From Iphione sp. A-MEVVRFRX5 (taxonomy: Eukaryota): DNA of 64,000 bases. Below, in pieces: positions 38,201-46,433 of the stretch (positions are counted from its first letter, which is position 1; the number at the start of each line of letters is the position of its first letter). The stretch spans positions 39,060,001 to 39,124,000 of the forward strand of contig OZ320323.1 in assembly GCA_976226885.1 (NCBI GenBank), written 5' to 3'. Both the position numbers and the translations under genes were made by a program. The notes beneath the pieces are model-generated. The model was not told where the DNA came from. It worked only from the letters and a program-made list of their open reading frames with translations, and did not search any database.

Positions 38201-39060
38201 CTCTAGGCTATGGATTATCGAATGAGGTAACACTGCTGGGCTGAGAGGACTTTTTACATTATCTGAAATGCGGGGGAAAGCAACTTAAAATTTTGAATCA
38301 TCTGATAAGGAGAATATTCAAATTTATTATGTGATCAGTATATGTGGCTAACATGTGAAAACATTTTTGTAACTTTTGCTTCCAGATTGCTTACATGCTG
38401 ATCTATCACTTTGGTACAGTAGTGCAGGTGGTGGATCTGCATATATGCCCATATATACATTAATACTAAAGCACTGGAGAGAAGATAAGAACCCCTGAGT
38501 AGGTGATTGGAAGCTGGAGACACCTCTGAAATTGCATTCTGTGGTTGTTGACCTATTGGTCATCAACTGTTGCGGAGTAACGATATAGACCACCAAACTT
38601 ATTCACTTGTAGATTATAATTGGAGATCTGGTATAGATACTGCATATACATATTTCCTTTTTTCCTTTCATTACATCATTGTCATGTTCTGGACAATATA
38701 TAATCAAAAATTAAAACCAGAACCTAAAAGACATATGAAAGCCATAAAGCCATAACTCTCAGTGGTTGGTCATCAGTTGTGTATTGTTGTTATTGAAACA
38801 GTTGCCTTGGTTACATATAGTTGTGCAGTAATTGGTGAAAAGCTACCTTCTGAAAAACTTCACCAATTACTACAATGATTGCAAACTTCACATGTTACCG
38901 GACTGACCTTATACATTATTATTTTAATCTTAATCAGACTTACCTCATCATACAAGTTATCAACAGCTAACTCAGTGTACATAGCAATATGATCCTCTTG
39001 TGAGTCAAGCTTACGTGTAGATAATTGGGATTGAAGCTCCTTACATTTTGCTGCATCCAT
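12565..39060 (-). CDS. METTL27: METTL27/WBSCR27-like class I SAM-dependent methyltransferase, copy 1 (5 coding exons, 217 aa)
   Basis: Exons in transcript order: 39060-38944 (MDAAKCKELQ...DNLYDE), 19147-19025 (ILDIGAGTG, motif I), 18015-17880 (GFQTIDALDP), 13572-13480 (DGYDVIV...GHM...RCTKPG), 12749-12565 (GGIVVIAIRE...FVFKVK*). All GT-AG, phases compatible, 654 nt. The symbol is a family-level call. Confidence 0.8.
13298..13470. mobile_element. Tc1/mariner-type MITE
   Basis: TA|CAGTTGAAC...GTGCACTG|TA with imperfect TIRs. Absent from the homologous intron position of copy 2. Confidence 0.7.
14999..15070 (+). other. tRNA-derived element (SINE head or pseudo-tRNA), anticodon position CTC
   Basis: A-box TAGCTCAGATGG, anticodon arm TTGGC-CTCTCAT-GCCAA and T arm TGGGG-TTCAATT-CCCCA are present, but the acceptor stem does not pair and the D stem is imperfect. 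Confidence 0.65.
15450..16800 (-). mobile_element. Degenerate Ty3/Gypsy pol fragment (RNase H and integrase)
   Basis: YVYG...VTHNKSYESIIKKPLTCAPPRLMRMLLFIQKYDF (RNase H); MFHWRGKEYLLAVNYYS...FGILNTFISDN (integrase core). Lies inside intron 3 of the copy 1 methyltransferase. Confidence 0.8.
20880..21130. repeat. About 60-bp minisatellite, with a related copy at about 20170-20290
   Basis: Recurring AGGATGGGG..AGCACCTGA...TTCTAAGAGTGACAGGAGG units. Confidence 0.7.
23880..25595 (+). mobile_element. Degenerate, rearranged LINE fragments (RT YADD piece and APE piece)
   Basis: MYADDVLL at about 23955; APE-like VILIDDINVD...LRQVIKENTRVT...LIDLVFTD...ISDHN in ORF 25077-25460. Confidence 0.65.
24101..24280. 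mobile_element. Tc1/mariner-type MITE
   Basis: TA|CAGTTGAAAC...GAGTCCACTG|TA with internal inverted ACGACC/GGTCGT motifs. Confidence 0.6.
25596..28100 (-). mobile_element. 5'-truncated, degenerate LINE of the same family as LINE A
   Basis: RT in ORF 26861-27688 (QHGFRAGRGT, GVPQGSIFGP, YADDLS) shares unusual segments with LINE A ORF2 (DLL.L.GT, GIP.DLSL.G). Long 3' UTR ends in AATAAA plus (GAATCT)n at 25596-25622. Confidence 0.85.
28200..28680 (-). mobile_element. Decayed LINE ORF2 C-terminal remnant
   Basis: Minus-strand translation gives EVLN*WLLIGLKLNPGK and PKTETK*MKCLFHYLGWTWSN, which resemble LINE RT and C-terminal motifs. Confidence 0.45.
28796..30193 (+). CDS. LINE A ORF1p: coiled coil + RRM-like + CTD + C-terminal NADAR-like domain (465 aa)
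   Basis: Heptad-rich region (ERLSKLEDTVTNLRQFINVELNRLKEELN), RRLVIEG (RRM start typical of L1-type ORF1p), VFIKEDL and GLDLIVEGEKF (CTD), then FSMMSS...SPELAFQFSK...LLQTGNREIIYDNRDTTLGSG...GENRLGKVLMKIRENLR. An in-frame ATG at 28745 (MGRK) is cut off by TGA at 28757. Confidence 0.8.
   Translation: MQLRSTSLNDLRRSTLEEMHKRMSADLNMSDNREKVDNQQMDADMNPGKEPDNGDHAKSMGVNASEPRSDSQDCDCHERLSKLEDTVTNLRQFINVELNRLKEELNSVRDGGDSTQSGDRADIDKLVDKLQRDMEQSQRKLSELDRKCKMVDLDLIRLEINDRCRRLVIEGAPTKDHNAMRHYVNKLVWEVAKIKGTEVEDIKVFNAAKETCRVGVLLTSIEARNLILKGKSTLAKREQYKHVFIKEDLPTSALSLNSRQQRLAAKARENGKRAIVKGLDLIVEGEKFTPLDEEFLPDYLMHENAHVCTTDDEVRFDIDHKFFSMMSSNPTIVHGKQFGSPELAFQFSKSRMLNDTKAQREICRAKSSEDGRKIGSLIKDSEEWASNSEVILEETMWGMISANQEAQSMLLQTGNREIIYDNRDTTLGSGCAQLNVNKTVIDHSQSGENRLGKVLMKIRENLRLR
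30288..30980 (+). CDS. LINE A middle ORF: SGNH/GDSL esterase-like protein with substituted catalytic residues (230 codons, GTG start)
   Basis: Blocks IFVDTRT, AIGMYD and SDGFTP align by eye with the esterase ORF of LINE B (FFTDSQG, IVGTCD, EDGCHL). The internal segment Q.....A....N.......HG..T is shared. The true start is unclear. Confidence 0.65.
   Translation: MLRHPRSGSVSHQTRILIFVDTRTKMSVDRLKDVVHTLPPTVIHIIYMRRCSYRRIVRWLQYTETRRYHLVMTAIGMYDWVRRETGQWAVTTGSPSEYSARQDWCFKRIRQLVEERDGASTKLIHACASSIDIHAMELDILDHEEEQAKIDAAVVIHNFSCEWSSARHGMDTCMLDWPISRLTAGNIVNDFTRVNSDGFTPTDATQPEWTHMVLRFLREFIREYGHQHIC
31764..34525 (+). pseudogene. LINE A ORF2 (APE endonuclease + reverse transcriptase), one frameshift near 33330
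   Basis: APE motifs LLTWNVRSL, CITESWL, GGGLLIYV, LYRPP, TGDFNFD and SDHLPV. RT motifs NYRPVSILP, QHGFRRGRST, FDLTKAFD, GVPQGSVFGP and YADD. Track ORFs 31620-33353 and 33353-34525 join through a small deletion. Confidence 0.92.
35270..36461 (-). mobile_element. 5'-truncated LINE (RT and C-terminus)
   Basis: QFGFRSGRGT, DFSKAFD, GVPQGSLLGPLLFLIFIND, YADD, FKYLGV; continues by frameshift into KISAIYKFQKIWYNL. Confidence 0.9.
36500..37180 (+). mobile_element. Degenerate LINE RT fragment
   Basis: FKNFRPISHLS...HLYLEGVNKLSDLQY in ORF 36613-37014, with decayed downstream RT motifs. Confidence 0.65.
37710..37965. repeat. Two adjacent minisatellites (GACCTC..CTCACACC..GGAGG units; three copies of an about 22-bp CAAATTCAGCACTTTTTGGA unit)
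   Basis: Direct tandem repeats visible in the sequence. Confidence 0.7.
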
Positions 39061-40869
39061 GGCTCTCTTAAAAAGAATCAAAATGTATCCCAAGTTAACT
39101 TTTAAGTGATGAGGCTTCATCATACCAGCACTAATGGGGTTTGGCAACATAAGATCTTAGGTGGGATATGTTTTATAGAGGTAACCTGGTGACCCGAGCT
39201 CTTCACATATATAACTATCAACCTGAGAATGAGTCAATAAATAGTAAATTGAACAACATTTCATTGATTACCCACACATGGGGCCCATTGTGCATTGAGT
39301 GCACGCTGACTATAATTGATATGCAGATGCAACACATACATCTTAATGTAAATTTAACATTTTTTATTTAACTCCATACTGCTGGTGCAGGCTAATACTT
39401 AGCATAGTTATAACTGTACAATTTACACTTAACTAACACTGTGAAATACCTAACTGTGTTACAGTAGACTTAAGACACTATTCTCAAGTTTACTAAGGAG
39501 AGAACAAGGTTAGTTCAAACGTTTCAACAAGGAAATTTAACATAGCAGTTATGAAGGTCATGCTGCTGCCAATCATTAAATATGCTATCAATGTACTGAT
39601 GGGTGGGGGTCAGGTGTAGGGGCAAGGAGGTATGTCCCAATTGACCCATTGCTGAATGTTGAAGTAGCAGGTAGCGCAGATGTCACTTTTACATAATTGT
39701 GACAGTGTCTCAATTTTAAGCAATCTGATTGGTTGATTCACCTCATGAAGTAATAATTCGTAAAAATTACGTCCGCGCTACCCGCTACTTCAGCGTTCAG
39801 CGATCAGCTCATTGGAGGTGCCGTACTGTTTCTGAATTTGACATTATACTGTGCACATGGATGTACATACATAAGGTATGAAGAATCCCAAGTAAATAAA
39901 GATTTAAAAAAACATAAGTTGTTCCGCTCTCAGCAGCCATACTCTTTACTGTCTAACTCTTCATGCAACAGTGTGGGGCTCAATGAGAGATTTTATTTTA
40001 TAGGAACAAGTCTACCACCTACCAGTGGAAGCAAAATTCATAACTGCCTAAAAACAGCTGGAATAGAGATTGATATACCTCCTTGAATGGTGATCCCACA
40101 TGGACTTAATACTATGGATTATACTGGCTTTGGGTTTCATTATCACCACCTGTTTCCCCTTGATTAAATATTTTTAGTGACAAATCCCATAGTGAGCCTT
40201 ACCCGATACAGAGTAAGACTAGGTCTGGTCATGCTCAAAGGACCAAGCAAAGCCATCTATCCAGTGACAAAGAGAGTTAATCCAGCTGTCTTGGGTTCTA
40301 CATGCTCTACATCCAAACCCTATAAACGACTACATAAGTTATACACTATAGGCCTTAATTCAGTTTGGATGAAGCTGATAAGAGGATTAATGTGGGAGTT
40401 TTGGGAGTACCAATACAGATCACTAAGTAATACAAATATGGCCATACAAGTATCCTAGTATTAGTAATAGAATGTTGTCAATGCCTGTTTCCAAGAGAAG
40501 CTCTTGTAGCTATAATACTCTTGGTTTGTTGATAGTTACCAGTAATGTTTCAGAGGATACATTAATATTACTGATTTGAGGTTAACTAATCACCAATTAA
40601 GGGATAGGTGTCACATTGTAGGACTAATGGCATACAAATTTATGTGTTACATAATCGGTTTTGACAAAATAGTCTTAATCAAGTGTTATTAGAAATTTAT
40701 TCCTTCCTGGAAATGTGTTACTGGGTTGAATTTACCCTTCCTGAGAGTCAAGTTTAACTGTGATACTGGAGAACAAGGACATCACAAATTGCTATGAGAC
40801 GCTAATGTTTGCCACTTACTTGTGATATTTACATCACTTAGGTGGAGCTATAATTAATTTCTATTACAA

Positions 40870-42041
40870 ATAATGGCATGTTTCTGCAATACAGATATGA
40901 CTATTCCATGACATTTGCTGCCTTTGTAAACTTGGATCCGGTACTGTCAATCTACCATACATTAACCCTCTCTGCTGACATTCACAACCAGGCAGCACTA
41001 GGTCTCATTAACTTGAAGCCCCAGATGAAGACACATAAAGGGAGAGGGAGGAGAGTTGTGGTACTCAAACCTAATAGTAGTCTAGCAGCTCACTGACTGA
41101 GATTTAGGGGAGTATCTGAGTGGAACAATCTTCCTCCTAACCAGAAGATGGGAAAGACGCTACAACTGAGGGTAGGTTGCCTCCACTAGGCAGATCAGCA
41201 ACTTGAAGACTCCTGGGTTATGACCAATGATGTACTCCTAAATTGAGTACTGGAAGTCTGGGTAAAGTTGTGGTTCATGGTACTGGTTGAGCTTGTTTTA
41301 GTAAATAAGTCTATATACCTAAACGTCTGGACTGGGCTCAAGCTCAAGGGAAGGAACAGATACATTTCTGCAGTAGAGTATCTCACTAAGTTCCCCCTGT
41401 AATCGATACATGATCTTGAGGTTACTTTACTTGGGCACATGTCATAAAGTGAGGCAGCTTGTAGTTGGCCTAACCTGCAAACCTGCAGCTCACTCTTGCT
41501 TATGTAAGCTGGATGTTATGTGGTGCAATCTGACACTTTGGCAGGACCAGATAAACTACATCTCTTTTTGGTTTATCCAACCCTGGAGAAATACTTCATG
41601 TGCAACTACTACAACCAGTGCTAGTGATGGCTTATGTATAACATTTTTCTTCTATGTGATATTCAATCCAACATCTTTAGTGAACAGATGTAAGTAACAA
41701 CTGGATGAGTGCTTGGCATGTCATATAATTACCTAATTGTTCTGCTAGGTCAATCATATTCCTTATTACCTGTTTTCATTGAAACCAAGATTGTCTATAT
41801 TATATTCATTCATTACCTGCTGGTGTATAATCACAACTGCTCTGTGGGTGGTATTGTTTGCAAAGTCACTTTATCCCAGAGTATATTGTATCAGTCATTA
41901 CTTAAGCTATGTGTGTGAATATATGTTCTATGATTTGACAATGGCTGTACTACTGTTTATTGTTGTGGTTTGCTACCTTTCAACACTGATAGCTCTGTAC
42001 TCATATAGAGATATTGAATAAAGAAATTCAAATTCAAAATT
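40870..42041 (+). mobile_element. 3' fragment of a LINE related to LINE A
   Basis: KTHKGRGRR...LRFRGVSEWNNLPPNQK resembles the LINE A C-terminus LRYHGVNAWNSLPPDQR. Ends with hairpin CTCTGTA-CTCA-TATAGAG, AATAAA (42017) and (AAATTC)n-like tail. Confidence 0.7.
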
Positions 42042-42829
42042 ATATCTATATATACTGTTCATATTTATTTCTCTTTACCTGATTTACACATTTTCACCGT
42101 CCATATTCATACATGAAAAACTCTGCACATGATGTCAGAAATGTTTAAATAAAGAAATCTGAAATTTGACTAGGCATTGTTCAGTTTTGTCACAATGGGA
42201 GATAGAGAACACATTTGAAAATAAACAGGCATTCAGTGTCTGTAAGTGGCCATGCATACACCTACCTTGTTTTCCATCTTGGATGAGTGGTGCAATTAGC
42301 TAACAGATGGTATTCTGTCTGTATCACTTCTCTATATCTGTTTACTCCTCTATTCCCCTAATGGGATTAAGAAGAGATGATGTAAAACAGATCAGAAGAA
42401 ACTGGCAGCAGTAGTCTTAGTGTAATAAGGTGGCATAGATTCATACAACAGGAGTGGGGGTAGAAAGATGATAATTATGCCCTCCACTCAGCCAAGCAGT
42501 CTGCATTGACCCAGTACCAACAGTCATGCTCTGTATGTGAACAAATGCACAGAATATCCATGTTCGTTACAGCCAACCAGAGCTGACACAGATAATACTG
42601 GCGTTCCTACAAAGTCTGGGCACTGCAGGGTGGAGGGGTTGGGGGGATAGGAGGGTGGGAATCAAGGGGATAGGACTGAACATTGTGGGAAGGTGGTAGG
42701 GGATGAGATGGTGGTGCGTAGTGAGTGATGGGGTCAGGACAAGGCCAGTGGGAGAGTAGGCCAGTGGCAGTGATGCTATTATATTGTAACGTGTCTCTCG
42801 TCGGCAGATCGGATGACTTCGCGAAATAA

Positions 42830-44285
42830 AGAACTTCCACACAGAATATGCGTTCGTTGTGCTCAATTCCAAGTCCGGATGAGAACTGTCTTTATTCAGA
42901 AAATGTGGGCCCTTATATACAGAGACTGGCTCTAAATTTAGCCACAGCAGTCCTTAAAAATAGTAATCTTTCTGGAAGGGTGCTTCTAGAACCTTCTACT
43001 CCACATACTACCTTTCTCTCCAAGATCCTTCTGGAGAGATCCTTTCTAGAACCTTCCAAGCTATGCTTAGTACACACGTCCTCCAACCTAGAGGAGTTTC
43101 CAGAATGTTCTTCCCACCCCACGCCACTGGTGGCTATTTCGGAGGATTATCCTCCAAGAACCCTTTCGGAGGAAACACTCTCAATGCGCATTTTGTCCAC
43201 ACCAAACACCGAAACGCTACAATATATCAAACATCAAATGGAGAAATATTGTTCAAAGCAATAAAATGGGGATAGTAAATCAGTCCGATGAACTGCCTTC
43301 AGCCAAGTTTGGTACCAAACCATATTTCTAACTATACTGGAGGATGAAATTATCCATATAAATTTGTTATCCTGAATTCTCTTGATATTCTCTTAACTTC
43401 ACCCTTGACCGAGAAATGCTAGCATATTTGTCCACATATACCACTTAGGCAACAAATTCTGTGGCTCAGTTGAGATCCCCTCCTCTGTCACTAGATGTCC
43501 TAGGAAGTTAATACTTTTAAGGAAAAGTCACATTTCTTTGCCTTTAACTTTAATCTTGCTTCCCTAAGTCAAGAAATTACTTATCGGCATCTTTCTATGG
43601 TTTGTATGTTTGTCCAAAGATCAGTATGTCATCCAGATACACTAGGCACTCATTCCAGGCAATCCCTTTCAGTGTGGCATCCATCAATCATTCAAAAGTT
43701 GCAGGTACATTCACTAATCTGAAAGCCATTACTACAAATTTGAGGAGTCCTAGAGATGTGACAAAAGCTGTCTTCAAAATGTCTTCTCCAGTCTTTTCTA
43801 CTCCTCAGTATCCACTTGCCGATTCCAGCAAGCAGATTCCCATCACAGCATTCCAAAGCAGTGGATATGTATCTTTTCGAGTCATCGCATTCAATTTTTT
43901 GTAGTCTACACAGAAATGTGCAGAACTATATTTCTTACCAACAATCATAATAAGACTTGCCAAATGACTTATACCTTCTCTCATCACCTTAGTCTTGAAC
44001 ATTTCTTGTACTAATTTTTGTTCTTCTTGCCTCTTGTTGAAACTCCTTCTTTTATTGTTGCAGCTGCTCAGCCATTTTGTCTTCAGTTTGCATAGCTCAG
44101 ATCTTCCTTTGGGAGCTGTACCTTTCTTCCATTTCTACCGCTCTCACCCCTTGTTCAAGGGTTTTTACATCACTGCTCATGCATCTCAGTTTTAGCTTAT
44201 CCCCCAGGGATCACTGAATGAAGGCCACTGAAAATAAATCTTTCCTCCCTCTGTCCTCATCAGGATAGACTCGATGCATCAATCA
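42830..44285 (-). mobile_element. Degenerate Gypsy element, left part (gag end, RT and integrase fragments, LTR-like segment)
   Basis: ASLIMIVGKK...FCVDYKKLNAMTRKDTYPL (RT); gag-like LMHRVYP...FSVAFIQ...KTLEQGVRAVEMEE; homologous to 58900-60610. Internally deleted and rearranged. Confidence 0.7.
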
Positions 44286-44490
44286 TGGCGCGAACGTGAG
44301 CGGACGTGTTTTCACGGACCGGGGGAGTGATTAACTGCATTTATATGAGTGATAAAACTCTTTCTACAATATCCCAGTTCATATCTGAACAGGGCAGGAG
44401 CAACGAGCATTACTTCAAGTAATTCATACTCCATAAGCTAGCAATATACAACACGTTATTAAAAAATCTTGTCTCGTCTACGCGGAGACA

Positions 44491-45088
44491 ATGGCTAACG
44501 CTACAAGTGGTAGCATTGTTTTGGATACCTCAACAGACTCGGCCACTGGCTACGTGGACGCGGTACTACCTACACCAACTGCTGTAATCAAGCAACCGAC
44601 ACCTGAGAGGGTTACAACTGATTTATTTCCACAAGTGTTCAGCACTCCAAGTGAACAGCTACTGAGGACCGATTTAAAACAGAAAGAGGGAACCGTTACT
44701 GCCGACAAATCAACACCAGGGGCTGTGAGTTCGCTACCGCCAACTGAAAATACAAAAGAACAACTATGCAGTATTCCAAATGACGGGGGCATAAAAAGAA
44801 AGGAGGTAAGCCCAATCGATTCTAGTCTTGACCATAAAAAAAATCAAAGATGACATAACACAGGTGGAGAAGCAGTATCAAGTGTTAGTACACATCATTA
44901 CTCGCTCGATTACACTCCCGATAGGGGAGACACGATTAGTAGAGGCGTCAACTGACAGCAAATGGGGAGCTGGTGCGAGTCTCTGCTCGCAGGCGATTGG
45001 TTCTGACGCAGTCACAGGGACAAACTGGGCAGGGGAAATCTTAGCGTCAGTTCGGTCGGGTCTCAGAGCAGAGACCGCCTTAAAATGA
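44491..45088 (+). pseudogene. LINE B ORF1 (frameshift at A8 44836-44843, apparently internally deleted) ending in the C-terminal half of a NADAR domain
   Basis: Low-complexity N-terminus with KRKEVSP...HKK(I)K, then after the frameshift IGETRLVEASTDSKWGAG...TGTNWAGEILASVRSGLR. Confidence 0.72.
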
Positions 45089-45123
45089 GAAAGACGTGGG
45101 GATAGCAGTTCGAGATTGACAGA

Positions 45124-45807
45124 ATGAACAACCATCGATGCCCACCATCGGTGTATTTTTTCACCGACTCCCAAGGAAAGACTCTCGAGGAGGACCTACG
45201 GCGACGGGGAATAAGCGTTACAGTGAATGCGTACCCAGGCCTAGGTGCAGCGGAGGTAACTCGTAAGGTAATGGAATACGAGTTTCATGATATTCCACTG
45301 TACATTATACTGATTGTTGGGACTTGCGATGTTACCAAATTGAATAAGAAAGCTCTGTTACCGGATGGGCGAGTAGTATGACAGATCTACCTAGCTGACG
45401 ACAGTTGTGACAAAATGATTCTTAGACTGTCTGTACTTTTTGAAACATGTTATAATAGACTTGCCAAACAATTCCCATCGACATTTATCATTTTCTCTGA
45501 ATTTTTTTGTCCTGACTTGGTCAAATATAACAAATACTTGTGCGGAGAATCTGTTGCAGAGAAGTACACCAGCCGGGTACAAACAGAGCTGAACTCGGCG
45601 ATGCATGAGCTAAACAACGGGGTGAGGGCCCTTAATAGGGCGCATGGCCTAATGACTCCGCATATAGGCAGCATCATCCATGGGCACGCCAACCGCAGAG
45701 ATACCAACAAGCATCAAAAGCTAGAAGACGGATGTCATCTTGACTCGCTGGGAAAGCTGGAGATGCTGGAAAAAATAGTCAAGTTCCTAGGCAAGTTATA
45801 TTGTTGA
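45124..45807 (+). pseudogene. LINE B SGNH/GDSL esterase ORF (227 codons, one in-frame TGA at 45379)
   Basis: Block I FFTDSQG, block II AYPG, block III VGTCD, block V EDGCHL. Track ORFs 45124-45381 and 45415-45807 are in the same frame, separated by a single TGA. Confidence 0.82.
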
Positions 45808-46433
45808 GCCATGACGAATTGACTGTACATATGTCATCAACGTGAAATTTTGTTGAAATTGTTAGATTTCCCTGACTCATGCTATCGCTGCTTGAGCCAT
45901 GATGAATTGACTATATATGTGACACTAATAACGTGAAATCTGATTGAAATCATTAGATTTCCTAGACTCACGCAATCACCGCTTGGTCCGCCTATGTATC
46001 TATATCGCACACACGTTATATTGCCATGTATCCATACCAAGTATGAAGTGTAAGCAATGTACTTTAATTGAGAAAACAAGCTCAACTACTATTATGTCCT
46101 CCCGCTATAAGACAGGTCTCGATTAAGAGACCACAATGACTCTTTTCATTCATTCATTGATATTGCAAACCCACATATTTTGTATCTGAAGTTGTATTAT
46201 TTTGACTCTCTAAACGCAATGAGAATAAAAATCTTTATGTAACAATGTTTAACTGACCTACTGGTCTCGTCATTGAGACCTAGGTATACGAAAGTAGATT
46301 AATTCATAATCATCCCATTACATCGACCTCCCCCGGTCCGGCTTAATTTCACATCCAGAAAAGAGTGTATAGGCCTTATATAGACATTTCAAAATAATAA
46401 CAAAAACTTCTCGCTTTGGCTAATCAAACTTTA

